This document shows positions 1 to 14,546 of a stretch of 64,000 nt of DNA, in pieces (the first letter of the stretch is position 1; each line of letters opens with the position of its first letter). This DNA is from Lingula anatina. Taxonomy: Eukaryota > Animalia > Brachiopoda. The stretch covers positions 51,748,788 through 51,812,787 of the forward strand of contig CM120640.1 in the NCBI GenBank assembly GCA_051362555.1, in the 5' to 3' direction. Position numbers and translations under genes: made by a program. The notes below the pieces were generated by a model. That model did not search any database and had not been told where the DNA came from. It saw nothing but the letters and a program-made list of their open reading frames with translations.

Positions 1-3000
1 GTCTATCCTGTAAAAATCAATATGTGAGTATTAGAACTGGACAATCGAAAAGTAAACATTTATGACATAACTTTACCATAATGTTCACTACATGAAAACA
101 TTAGTATATATATCCCTATTCTTTATCTAAATGCATTGCTTTTTTTCACAAAAGACTGTGATAAGGATATAATATCTAATCAATAACTCCCATCCATATT
201 CATTTCCAGAGGAATCCCCTAATCAAATTACCCAGATTTAGCCAAAAAAAAAAAAAAGAGTAGGACTAGTAGGAGGCTAACCATGACAAAGTTCTCTCCA
301 GGACGGCACTTGCTGATACTATCTGCCTTCCTCCCTAACCTGTCTACTTCTGTATGTTTCAGTAGTTAAGACTTCTGTATTCCATCATACCAAGATTGAT
401 TAAAAGGAAGTAACCTAGCCTAGGATATCTAACCCAACAAACTGAGATGAATCAAGTGTTTCATGTTTTAATTTAACAAAAAAAGTACATGTGTGTCCTT
501 AAGACCAATCCCCAGTAAAAAAGTATTTAAGACTTCTTTAATGAAAAATAGTTCAACTTCAAAGCTAGTGATATGTTTTGTACATGAACTTACAACAGTG
601 TTAACTGTCAAACTTTAGTCCTTTATACTCATCCAGTAGCAGCACAGTACTTTTAATTTACTTCAGACATTTTATCATATTCTACGCCAAATTTACAAGA
701 ATCTATTAGAAATATATCCATTCAATATTGCCTATTAAAAATTGTCTAATTTTATATGAACAAAGTTTTAACTGATAATGTATGTGAATATTCAAAAATA
801 ATATCAATCAAGACAAAAGGGTGGGGTAATTCTAGGGACAAACTCTTCCATTCAAAAGTATGACAATATTAAAAAAAAATCTTTTCTCTTGATGGTCATG
901 TATTTGTCAATCCACCTTTTCATTCATTCCAAGCAAAATTAAAAATACATTTACATGATCAACTTTTGAATTTCCTTAAGTAAGAGCCAAATCCATTGCC
1001 ATCTTTCACCATTTCAAACCTCTGAGCATGTTCTTGAATTAGAAAAATCAAGAACTGCCAATTAATGTGTGAATTAAAACAATATTTGGATTCTAAATGA
1101 AATACTGAAATATTGAAAAGTGACCCAATACAGGGTTCTAGCCCTGAACGACTACAAGTTAAAAAAAAAACAAAAACATCAAGCGTAGTCCACTAAGGTA
1201 AACCCCAATTCAATCTGCATATTCATATAGAATATTTCTTAAATACATTCTACTGAAAATAATTTTTTAAATTGTGCATTTATATTTCATTCAAATCCTA
1301 CCTTCACTACTTGTTAGATTAACCACTTATCAGTTACGTTGGTTGATCCTCAAGACTTGTTCTTCTTTTTTATCACAAATAGTAACCAAAATAAAATGCC
1401 ACGACTGCAGATGAGAACTTTACTGAGGTTGTGATTACAGTTGATGATCGGAAGCCAAGTTTTTGGGAATGATACCAAAATTCCTCTTTGTGTCACATTT
1501 AGAAGTGCTGATTGAAGTTTCTATCCTAATTCCTATCACTTCTTAGTGGTTACTTGTATGTACTGAAATTCTGCATAAGATATCACCATACTGTGGCTCA
1601 ATCAATGAAACAAAACATCTTTTATATATATGAAGTACTTCATTCTCGTTTCCCAGTCTCCTTGGAACTGTAAGCCAAGAATGTTCCGCTGGCCCTTGCA
1701 GCTGGGGCTGACAAGATAATCAGGATTTAAGACATCTTCCGCTCACAACCACAAAATTTATGAAGCCGCACTATGGAGATTTAACCTCACATTTCTATGA
1801 CCACCTATGGTCCTTCGTATGATGCACATTTATTTATGACTTTATTTTTATAAGTTAAACCAGAACTGGAACATATTTGAAATATCTGTTATGAAAGTTG
1901 AATTTAGAAGCTCATAAAGATGTCATAATATGGCAGACCCTGCCAGTCAATTTATGTCACATCTTACTACAGCAGACAATGGAAAAGCAATGAAAAGCAA
2001 TTTGGGAGACATAAAAGCTAATAATTCTGTTGTAATTTCCTGAAAGAGATCTGTCAGATTCTATTGCCATGGTGACAACTGTTTCATATTAACAAAATAT
2101 AGTGAAACCAAAATTGTTGCATAAAATTGGCTATTTTTCATTATTTCTAAATATAAATGTCCCATACATCTGAAAAAAAAAAACTCATTGTTAATGACTA
2201 GCCAATATGTGAAAAATATCACCAATTATTCACTAAAATCATAAACTGACACAATGCACAATATCAACCAATTTCAAAATTTGGAGCCTGACACATACTA
2301 AAATCTAAATTCTTTCACGAACTTGCTAGTATGTGCCGTGAGTCGTGGAGCCGTCATGTGCTCATGTGGCCAACTTGAACCTAACATGATTAGGGCGGGA
2401 GTGCTACAACCTGACACCACCATCACAACTTACCCTGATGATCCTTCCTCCTGTGATACATTGATACACATATATCACCACAAAAAACACTTTGACAGGT
2501 CTGTCATTGTTACCAAACACTTCAATTAACATATGCCTTAATATCTTGGCAAAACTAGATGTTTATGGTTGTATCTGTGGGGTTAAGCTGTGTTTCCAAT
2601 TTTAACCATTTTCTACAAATATTTGTCTATCAACTTCCTTCATCTTCATTCATCAATCCACTTTAATAACACTGCAGACAACAGATCTACCCAATTTGTG
2701 AACTATAATACTGACAATACTATGTAAATTAAATTTCTACAACATTTAAAGATAGCTCAAATTCTTATTTCTAATCTAATGTTGCCAATTAAAATACATC
2801 TGAAAACTTTCTGAATCATGAAAACATCTCAATAAGTATAAAGCTGAAGAAAAAAATTAACATCTTTGCTTTTGAGGTAAGACCATGAGGGTGCAACTCA
2901 GCAGTCAAACTGACTCCTGAAAGCCTGTCTATCATATGCATAATTCAATACAACAGTTAATTCAGGTTCTGAGGTAAGCTCAATCATCAGGGTGCAAATG

Positions 3001-6000
3001 TCACATATTCTCATAAACCACAGTATTATATCCTGCACCCATATATATGCTCAAATGTCACAACATGGTGAAGGCAGGTACCACACAATGCATTTGTCAG
3101 CCAGCAGATGAATGGACTGGTTTCAAATGAAATAAAGAAAATACGACTCCAACAACTCCATTATTTTCTATTCTTCATCATTTCCTAACAAACAGAGACA
3201 GAGCAAGCCCAACTGATTACTCACAGTCATTGTATCACGTCCTCAATTATAAATGATCCCCAGCTATTTTTGGAAGTTTTTTAATTGAAAAAAGAAGAAA
3301 AAATATCAATCTGTAAGCTAGATATTTAAATATGCAAAGAGTATGTGCCTTAGAGAAAGAGAGACTTAATTCAGCATTAATCCTGCATAACCTGCCAACC
3401 ACCTGACAAATGGAATTATTAACCCTTATTGATTGTTTCCCCTAAACTTAATGTCCTAGTTACTTACATTATGCCACTTTAATAAGCTGCTAATAGAAAT
3501 CAATTAAGTCGAAAGATGTTAATTACAGGGGTAAGGATTAATGTGTTTATGTACTTTGAGTAAATTGTATTCTTGAAAAAAAATACACATAATAAAACAA
3601 TGATGGGGGCTGTGAATGGATTATAAAGCCAGGTTAATGTCTGCCAACAAAAGTGCTGAGCTGCTAATATGACACAAAGAAAAATACTGGCACTGTATTT
3701 TATTCAGTAAACTTAATCTATTGCATCAAATAAATTTCATAATTTAATAAGTTCTTGCATGATAACTAAATATGGCATGACTTAAAATGGCTAAATTACT
3801 ATTGGTTTTGACCTGAAAAGAAGCTTCAAGCTAATAAAAAGTGTTAAAATTGTTTAAATGTGTTAAAAGTTTACAGTTGTATGTAGTAGAATGAAAAAAA
3901 AATTAATAAATAGCAGTTTACTACAAAATTGGAGGGGATATCAAAGGTAACTAAAACTGATACAAATGATACTACATATTTACTCTCTTTGGAAAGAAAG
4001 TAATAGATACATACTAACTAGGAATAAAAACTTTTTATGATAATGGCTTCTTATGTTTTTTTTTTTAAGTAACTCCCCACTGTGTAGGCTCTACAAGAAT
4101 ATGATACAGGTTGCAGGAAATGGAAATTTGTCTGATAATGAATGAAATTGCATGTAAAAGACTGAAATGTTTGTTTCAAAAAATTGGTCAATCATTGAAA
4201 AACATAAAAATAGGTTATTCATCACACAGCATGCAGGTCTAAGTTATTGAAATAAAGTGGCAATTATGAATTGTCAACTTTTCTGTGAAAATCACACAAA
4301 TTAAAGATAGATCCAAGAGTAAATGTAAATGAATGTAAAAACAAATGGAATAATAGGACTTAAAATCACTGCTAGTCTATTTGAGCTTTATGTACATTGT
4401 AGCATATACTATAATTTTCTTCTCAAACAAAAACAATGCAGGTTTCTTTATTATCAATCAGTATGTAGTCAAAATAGATATAGTGCTTCACTACATCTCA
4501 TCTTTTTGCTGAAAAACTATTTTAACATCTGACAAGTATCAAGCAAAGTGTCCATACCTGTCATTTTCCTTATTACTCTATTTTCCTTATTGCTCATTTT
4601 CCTTATTCCTTATTGCCAAATGAAGATTTTAAAGTTACTAGTCCCATCCATGTTACGTACAGTAAAAAATAATAAGCTGATAACATAATACAGATAAAGT
4701 TTTTAGTAGAAAAAATGGTAACTAGTACATTTTCTTTATGTATGTGGCTAGTAAAAACTTAATACATAGCAGTTACCTTATTCTTCCAAATAAATCGTTG
4801 AAAGCAAGCAATCCTTTCTTAGGTTGAAGCAATGTTTTGGGCTCTGCTGGTACATTCCATTTGTTATCCTACAAAAAAATGACTATAAATTACATCAAGC
4901 TTTGAAAAATATGGAAATAAAATTGTGTCAATCTTGTTGCAGTAAGACTTCATCCCAATCCAGGCCTCATGTCACACTGCACAGAGGACAATGCTCTAGT
5001 GGTCCCCACACTTAGTGAAGTATGCTTGCCATCCCTGAATTACAGTGTATAGTTACCTGGTGCTGGCAGGATCACCAGATACCTATGCTGTAATACCTTG
5101 TTCGGCTTTTTCCACAAAACAAGGTCACAAAGAGCATCCATCACCTGTGTCACCAGATCCCATACCAATGTCATGGATTGTAATTATTTGTTTTTCACCA
5201 TTGACTGTGGCAGTGAAATCACATTTGACGACATAGTTTCCAGTCATTACACTACCATCATCATTTTGGTTTCCAATTCCACAGCAGGTGGGACAAAAAC
5301 ATTCACAAAACATCTACTTTGTTCTTGTTTAGGGTTGAAAATCAGAATGCAGGTTTCTTTAAAAGTTTCTCACAGAAAAGTAATATTTGTATGCAGCAAA
5401 TAGTTTTTTTAACCTTTGTAACGATAAGAGCAGATGCATATTGAAAACCCTTCTCAGTGACAATAAATAATGAATACAGATGGATGCCATTATTGAAATA
5501 TTTATCATTTTAAGCTACCCTTTGTGTCTCATAAGAAAGAGTAAAGCAGCACAGCATTCAACAAAATTGATCTGATGAAAAGTTTATGTACTTCACATCA
5601 CTCAAAACACATGGTTTGTAAATGGGATGTATATTACAAAAATAAATGCAAATAGAATATATGCATACTAGTGTAAGGAAAATGCCTACATTTGTTTTCA
5701 CAACTCACCTAATTTACAAGCTGTGATCACTTCCAATATGTATTGGACATTGTACTGTTTGATCTGTTGTCAGTCACAAATGATTGATCATTGTGGGTAT
5801 AGGCAATACCCTATATATTAAGACAAGAATGAAGATGCAAAAATAAACTAAGTGGAGACTGTCCAACCTATGACACAGCAAATAGGTGTACTGATTCTGT
5901 TGATGTGCTGGACAGACATGCCCAATATTAGCCAAGCAATTCCCCCTGTTGTCAGTTATTAATTATTTTGTCCTTTTTGCAATATTCTATGACTTGTAAT

Positions 6001-6314
6001 CGATGTGAGCAATTCTAATTCACATAAGTCATTTTATGTATGTAAAATGAATATGAACATGAATCATACCAAATTAAACTTATTTTCTATCCAATGCCTT
6101 TTTAAAACACACACACACACACATACACTTTTTTGAGCTTACCTATAAAAAGTAGCATTAAAGCTATCTCAGTAAATAATGCAGAAAAGCACATACTTCA
6201 CTGCTGATGGCAGTGGAAAATTTAACTGTTATGTTGTGCTTTGATACCTGTGTATATACGTATTTTTTTTCTATGAATTAGTTTTAGTTTTAAAAACTTA
6301 CATTAAGACACATG

Positions 6315-6504
6315 GTACTAGCTGGGTGGGTCAAACTCTGTGGATGCTTCTCACAAAAGTGCCATCGGTGGAATCAGCTTAATCAGCACACGATAGACAA
6401 TTATCCCTAGCTGCTGGAGGAGGCATGTCAGACAATTAAGCTGACTCCACTGATTGCACTTTAGTGAGGATCCCCCAACAGAGTTGGACCAACCCAGCTA
6501 GTAC
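6315..6504. mobile_element. Palindromic MITE-like element
   Basis: GTACTAGCTGGGTGGGTCAAACTCTGT... pairs with ...ACAGAGTTGGACCAACCCAGCTAGTAC; imperfect inverted arms of ~70 bp. Confidence 0.7.
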
Positions 6505-6866
6505 AATTTTTGAATCGGAATTCAGTCTTAGAAATGTAAAGCAAAGGGAGATTAATTTCAAACAAAATTGTTTTTTAAATAATCACTGGCAGTTGCACTG
6601 AAAGTACAACAGCGCCATTTTTAAAAAAAGCTACAGAGGTACAGTCCAAATCATGACAAAAAGCCATCTACTTCTGAACATGTCTTCCATTAGTAACTAT
6701 TAAAGATAATTGCCATTAAGTGCACCCTTTATGTAAATTAACTATAATAAAGGATGCACTGAAAGGTCACAGTCAGATGTGACAGAACGGTCCTTCCAAC
6801 TGAATTCAATTTCAAAATCATTTGAATAAAGAATAAAGTTGAGTTTCTTTCCAAGATATTTAATTT

Positions 6867-7176
6867 GGGGTCATGTCGATACTCCCCCGCACCGTTATTC
6901 CCCTGCACCGATACTCCCCCGCACCGATAATTCCCCTTAGTAATTTTTTGTATTATGCGCATCGATACAACCCCACACCAATAGATCCCCGCACCGGTAC
7001 ATCCCCGCACCGATACTCCCCCACACCGATACTTCCCCACACCGATACTCCCACTCAGTATATCTGTAAATTGTAGGGGAATATCGGTGGGGAGAAGTAT
7101 TGGTGCGGGGATGTACCGGTATGGGGGAGTATCAGTGCGGGGGACTATCGGTGCGGGGACGTATTGACATGTAACC
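6867..7176. mobile_element. Non-autonomous DNA transposon with internal inverted arrays of ~16-bp repeats (CCCCGCACCGATACT), 8-bp TSD
   Basis: Termini GGGGTCATGTC / GACATGTAACC; flanking direct repeat TTTAATTT at 6859-6866 and 7177-7184; tandem units switch orientation near 7070. Confidence 0.75.
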
Positions 7177-9046
7177 TTTAATTTTATGTTATAAAAGCAA
7201 AGTGAGTATGAATATTACAGAACAAGAATTTAAAGGGGAACCATATCCTAGATATTGTCATCAATATCCCCCATGTTATTTGTACATGTTCACCTGACAC
7301 CTGGATTTTCCTAACTCAACTAAAAATCATGTTTATTTGCCAGACCTATTTTAGGCACTCAATTCTTAACCACTTGTCTTCATATGCTCTTAAAGACAGT
7401 GAAAATATAGACACATTTTGACAGGCAGTAAGATTTGTATCATCTTTGTCTTCCCTAGTTACTACCAGTACATGCAGTATTGGAATTCATCTCTCATATT
7501 TTTCACTTCACAAAATTGTATTTTTTACTAACATATTGGCCTTGCTTAAAGGATAAACCAACTTCTAATTACTGTTTCTCTTCAAAACTGCTATTTTGAA
7601 CTATTACTGTTAGCAGGGTATGTGTATGTGCCTGGCAGGTATGCTGGCCTAATGTTAGTTAGTGGCCTAAGTGATGGATGACAGCCCTACAGCTATAATA
7701 GTACAGGTGCAGCCATCATATAACTTACAACACAACACACTTCACTGTGTCACACTAGTCAGTGCACCAGCAGCTAGGTAATAAGATGGAGAGATTTTAA
7801 GCAAAAAATAGTTTTGAAAATAGTTCTAGCATTACCTAATCAAGTGAGCTGCGTAGGACTGCTGTAACATGTTTGTAATAATGAGAGAGTTTATTTCCAG
7901 TTCAGATAACATACCTAGTTTTCCCTTCCTCTTTGCTGATGGAATGATAGCTTTTGAAATTGTATATTAGTATGTTATCTTTTTAGTACTTTTCTAGTTC
8001 TGTCAACAGGATCTGTGTGATATCAGATTCATTAACTTTTTTGACAATTAATGAAGTTAAAATGTTTTAAGCATGGCATATTTCACTCATAAAATGCTAA
8101 TTGCAATTTTATTTTGTTCCAAAACAAACAAAAATGCCCCTTTTTTTGTTGTTGATCTAAATGCAAATACTGAAGCTTTTCATAAAACCAACCTTCATTG
8201 GAACAGAGAAACTGTTGATAATTATTCATGTACATATGTATCTACAGGTTTTATCAAAATAAGAAAATATAATTGTTTTCAAATACTATGTGCCATGGTC
8301 ATAACATTAGATAGCCAATCAGCTTTTTGGTTGGAGTACCGTGGTCCACAATGTAATGGATCCAACAAAAGTTGAGAGCAAATTATGCTTTTACACATCT
8401 ATATATTTAGAACATAATACATTGAACATCAGACTGAATTCAAATCATATCATATAATACACATGATGCGATAATTAACTTTAATCAAATATATTAAATA
8501 ACGAACAGTTCACCAGTTTTCTATACTTGCTATGACAAGTGTCATTCACTTAATTTTTTCCAAATTCTGATTACATTTGGCAGTAAAAGGGTCAGATCTC
8601 CAACTGGAGCAAAGAAGCAAGATTCAGCTTTATCACATTATCTTGGATGTGTTGTACCATCGGTAGGGTAAGGGTAGTAATTTTATGATAATCAAGTCAT
8701 ACCAGCTGTAAGATATAAACAATATATCCATAAATGCATAAAGTTGATGGCCGAGCTTAATGTCTATGATCATGATAGACAGTCATCATCACCATGACGA
8801 AGATAAAGACTGTCTTGTCTCTTTTCTGCCCCATTACTATATTACATGTTCTTCTACAAAGGACTGACTTTAAAACACTTTTTATAAGAAATGTAGGGTA
8901 CTGATAGCTCTCTAAGTTTTAAGATTTAAAAGTTCTGCAGCTTTGTTGAAGCATTCTCTTATGCTATATTTACAAATCTAGGGTTTTGCAGATATTTGCT
9001 TTATTTATGACAGACACCCAATTTACAACCTATAAGACCTTAGTAA

Positions 9047-9048
<2 letters not shown>

Positions 9049-9108
<60 letters not shown>
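9049..9108. repeat. (AT)n microsatellite followed by poly-T
   Basis: About 30 AT units read directly. Confidence 0.95.
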
Positions 9109-9125
<17 letters not shown>

Positions 9126-12100
9126 GTTTTGTTAAATTTTAAGAGAATCGTGCAATATCACTGAGGGTCACTGACCATTTCTTCAGACACAGTCATAAAG
9201 TGATTAATGTTTACGAATCAAATGTACTAATTCTATCCTGACATGCATTTAACCAGCTCAGGAGCCTGCATAAAGTAGTTCATCAAATGTACAAAAAATA
9301 TTGTACGTCTTCGTGCAGATTGCCCATATATCACGCCCTACATAACATGATATTATGTACCTGGTAGAGCATAGTCCAAGTACACAAAACATATCAGCAT
9401 TTGTCTTTAGCTCCGAGTCTGTAAAACTTGGATTTCATGTCTGTCATCCTAGTTCTTCAGCTGAGACCAAGCCTGTATTGCCAGTAATTTCAAAAGGAGT
9501 CTTTTTCAGAAAAATCATATTTTTACCTCCTCAGTTAACCCAACTTGTACATGTATATTGTACATGTACATGGTATAACACACATCTATTTTGATTTTGA
9601 TTCCATCTAATGAATGTTATATACAATCCACTGTACATATTAGAGCAGCAGACAAAAAGATTACTTTGATATGACATTTTTACACTGAAAAATTGCCAGG
9701 TGATATTGTCTAGTCTGTAACATTATTTGGGACCTACCATGTGCTTCATCTTGAAAGCTAGGGACCTGACAAAGGTTCAAAAGTTTAGGTCATTTTTCTT
9801 TAGCAACTAACTTGCAATAAACTGACTTTATCAGATAAAAAAATCTTAGGATGAAAATAATTGAACCTTTCCTACAACTATAGGTCTCTCTTACATGCGA
9901 AGTCTCTCATTTAAATCCCACACTAAACGTTGGACTCTAGTTCTTTCTCGGTATTAAAATAATGTGTGTAATTTGCCCAAATGCCAAAAAAAAAAAAAAA
10001 AAAAAAACAGAGGAAAAAACTTTTCCCCATTTTCACAATTTTATACGATTGTAAGGCTCATCTTCCTCAAACAGCATACGGGTTACTATTTTAAATTAAT
10101 TCAAAACCTATTTCAGTCAATTTTCTCATGTCATGTTAGAAGTTGCCACCTGTAGTGTCTATGGCTTTAGTCCCTTTCTCTGCTATCGGCTGGTCAATCT
10201 AACTCCCACCCAGGAGTGGCCTATGTATTAATCACTTTAAATCTAGCTATTACACAGTGTGAGAGGAAACTTAAAACTCCCAAAACAACATTTTCTAATC
10301 CATGGCTAAATAAAGCTGGAATAAGATAAATGGAATGGAATAACTGAATTACTGGGTAGGAACATCTATTTGTCCTTATTGGTTCAGTAGGACAGATTGC
10401 TAATGCACCTTAATTTATCTCCTGCAATTAAAATATCTTTTAATTCGAAAAAGTCAACCAAGTGCCTTAATGACCTATAAAAAGGAAGACTGGTTGAGAT
10501 AATCATGCATGACAAAAATAAGTAAAAAAAATTGTTGTGAAGTGGCAATCATAACATTACACTATTCAATATGCCGCAATTATGAAACTCTTTAATTGTA
10601 ATTTACTTGATATAACCTGTTTGGTATAATTTTAAGATGAATTTATGCAATAAAAAAGACAGAAGTTTTGCATCCATATCTTAAAAATAAATGTGGAGAA
10701 TTACAATAACTTAAATTATAATCCTATTAGTGAATTTGAACTGCATTTTTTATGTTCCACTTTACCAATTCCATTTATAATTCCGTTTGAAACAATTTCA
10801 AATTGTTCTACCTTATTTACTTCTGATTTAAGCATTAATGAGTGTCATCTTTTTTTATAATGAACCTCTAAGCCTGTTCACAAATCTAATTTTTCTTAGC
10901 ATATTAAATTTTCATGCACAAAGGACCATGGGCAGATCCCCCATATTAACAAGTGAGGGGAAGAAAAAAACATTTTGTGCCCAATCCCCAAAACAACTAT
11001 TTTAGCACACAAAATATGGCAGTACAATTCACAGAATGTATCTTCTCTCCCTTTATGGGAAGATCTGAGGTTGCATAAATAATTTTGTTTTGAAAGTAGC
11101 ACCACCATCTAGACCTGTGCATGAGGGTATGAAATATGGAGTCAATCTCCCTCCTTTCCATATTTTGTTCCATTCAAATAAGTGTCCAAACAGAATGACA
11201 GTCATAAAGGTTGCAGCTGCAGGTGTGCTCTTAGCTATGGAACACATTCAATAGAAATCTTCATCAACTTAGTAGTAAAATCCTGATTCCATTACACTCT
11301 GTATTAAAAAAGACACAGTGAGCATACATTCAAATTTGTAGCATTCTGTTATGTGAAAAGCTACCTCCTGTTACATTTTATTGCAGGTCTATAATTTTTT
11401 TAAAACCTAGGCTAGATAACTTCCAATTACATTCTATAATGCTACAGCCTATTTGTTGATGACACTATCCTCCAAATTACTTGATCAAACATGAACAGTA
11501 TTGCCATCAGTACAACAATAGGTATGATAGCATATGTGCTTTTGCATGCACAAACATACATTTGAACTACCAGTAATTCCATGTATATGAAGATGAAATG
11601 AATAGTGCATTTTCAACAATAATCTAAGGGGGCATATTAACTACATTTGATATTTAATGTAAAAGATTTCGATCAAGCTTTTGATCAAGTTGGCTTTCCC
11701 AATGCCTACATCTTCTTATTCCCAAAACACTGTATCAAAACTGTTTCCAGATTATTCAAACATAATTAGTCAAATAAAATTGAGAACAAAGTCAAAACAA
11801 TTATGAAAATGGCATATGTAAATTATTTAATTATTATAAATCACTTAAATTTAGCAAAAATAATTCACCCCTATGAAATCTCACAAACACTATAATGCAT
11901 ATGAATTCACTCTGCATTTAGTAAGAAAAAAAAAGAACTACTGTATTCAAATATTGCATATAAGAGGAATAACAACTCTTCATTTTTGTGGGAAAAGTGC
12001 CATAAAGTGGATTTTCCTTGGGTAAATGACACTGTTCCCTTATATACCAATTGTTAATGAATCTGTTTTGACATTCAAAGCAAGTCGCAAAGTGTTTTAT

Positions 12101-14379
12101 GTGTGTAATTTGTAATTTTCTCTTGAGATACCAGTAATTATCAAGGGTAGCAACCTATGAAGGTCCACGTGGTCCGATGGCAGAGATTCAAGAATAATCG
12201 TGATAACTGCCATTTTGGTAAATGAAATGGCATTTACTATATTCCTATGTATTGTTTACAATTTTTACAATATTTATTGTGGAAATTTGGAAATTCATAT
12301 GAAGAGTTTGTTATGCCTTTAAATTCATTTTTATTATATTTTGTTTTATCCCCCCACCCCCACCCAACAAAGAAAGATTGTCTTACTAGTAGTTCAAGGG
12401 ATGTTCAGAAAGGAACTAAAATCTCAGTCATCTTTAGCCTTACAAATGAGAATTTACATAAATGACAAGAAAATTACATGTTTTGTTACATATGTAATAA
12501 GCATTTGTAGTCAGTTACAAGATGGCATGCTAGTGTGTAACATTCAGCCAGCCCACTAAGACAATGTGGCACCAGAATGGGCAGAAGACAGCCATTTAGT
12601 GCCAAGTTTGCCGTCTGGAACTGAAAGGTATCTGATAAAATACAATCTTTAACTTTAAGGCTGAAGTAAAAAAAATAAAATGGATAAAAATGTCTGCATT
12701 CTTTGATTTAAATATAGTTTAAATTGTGATGTTTTACAGATAGGAGCATGCTGTCTCCAGGGCTACTCACCATGTCAGACCACAGATTTGTATCGCATAG
12801 GCTGTAATCTGGGATGATTTTTTTATATTGTGACATTTACATAAATAAATTTCAGGCTGCAAAAATAGAAGTAAGAGAGAGAGAAGGGGAGAGAGAGACC
12901 CAGTGAAGATAAATTATCTAAACAACGGATTACTTCTTTTACTATTTCAAAATTATACTACTTCTACAAATGAGTCTAAAGTTGAAATGAATATCACAGT
13001 GCCATGTGATATCTTTATGACAGTATTACATAAAGTTGTTATTTGTTTAAATCAAAGCTATCTTACCTATGTTCAAATTCACTGCTGTGTCAGCTACTCT
13101 TTGTAATCACTTAAACCTCCTTGAAAAAAAGTTACTATTTCAAATATTGTTTAAGAGAGAAAAAGGAGAACAAAGAAACCACTGAATGTCACAGGACAGT
13201 CTAACAGTCGTGACAGTGTAATGGAATAACAGGTCAACCCAGGCATGGAAATGAGGAAAGTTAAATTCATCTATTCCAGCAGAACCATATTTCATAATTT
13301 CCGTAGCATTGGCCTTTATTCATCTTTGTACACACAACCCGCATGACAGAATCATCTCATGAAAATGCACATATTTCAGCCACCAGTAGGCGTAACCATG
13401 GACGGTTATAAGAACTAAAGAACGCTCACTGCTATAACAAATGATGATGAAAATAATTACTTGCCGGAACCAATGAGAATGAAGTGTTGTTGGTGATGAC
13501 AATAGAAAAGGTCATCAATCAGTTATGCTCTAATTCAGGTAGGACAGAAATGGAGGGCTTACCACATCCAGTTCTGTGTGTAGGGTACTAGTACCATATG
13601 CACTGCCAACAGGGGGCACAGCTCACCTGTGACAAACAAGGAGTTAATCACTAAAGCCATAATCACTCATGTATTCAGGACACTGTCTCTTTCTCATTGA
13701 AATGATATATTGTATTAACTGTTCTTTGCTGCTTAACACCTGTTGGCTGTTGGTAATGTGATGTTTATTATGCATGCAAGTCTCTACAGTAATATGCCAT
13801 GGACAGGAAAAGTCATTAGTACAGATTGATAGTCCAAGATCTTACAATAAATAAATTTTCATTGAAGTGAAATGTCTTGGTTAAACATGAACAGGCAGTA
13901 ATTCATAATGTTTTTAATTTAAAGGCTCAAAAGTAAAACCATCTATGTCTATTGAACAAAATGTCCAACCTACGTGTATGAACCACATACTCTGAACAAG
14001 CATAAACTTCTTATATGCTACTAATGCAAAACACAATGTCTGCTTAGAAAGATAACATTCTTCAAAACTTATCTTTTACTATCTTTAGTAATATCATGCT
14101 ATAAGACAACATGTTTTTCTTTCCAATTTACTATATCTAAGTTCACATATGACATTAGACCAAACACATATCTCATGGATGTAAAGAATAAATAAATACT
14201 CTTACTTTTCTCCTCTTTATTTTTATTTATTTATTTATTTATTTTGAGAAATTGGCAAATAAATTAATAAGACACTAGTGCAAACATATATGGGAACAAA
14301 TCAGCACCTATACATCACAAACTGAATGCTGACTTCTAACTACAATGTCCCTCTTCAATGACAATATCATTATATATCA

Positions 14380-14546
14380 CAGGCCTGTAGCCAGGGGGAT
14401 TTCGGGGGGTTAGAAAGAACCGCACCTTTTGCTGGGAAAAGGTCCACTCTGGGTAAAATTTAATGTAAGTACATGATGTTTTTATGGAAAAAGGTCCACT
14501 TTTTAGAAAACGAACCCCCCTTTTGAAATTGCTGGCTACGGGCCTG
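14380..14546. mobile_element. MITE with 5-bp TSD
   Basis: TIRs CAGGCCTGTAGCCAG / CTGGCTACGGGCCTG; TSD TATCA at 14375-14379 and 14547-14551. Confidence 0.8.

Noticed and set aside
6738-7076. Overlapping repetitive ORFs (YRCGGVS / HRYSP)
   Set aside because: Translation of the 16-bp internal repeats of a MITE; not a gene.
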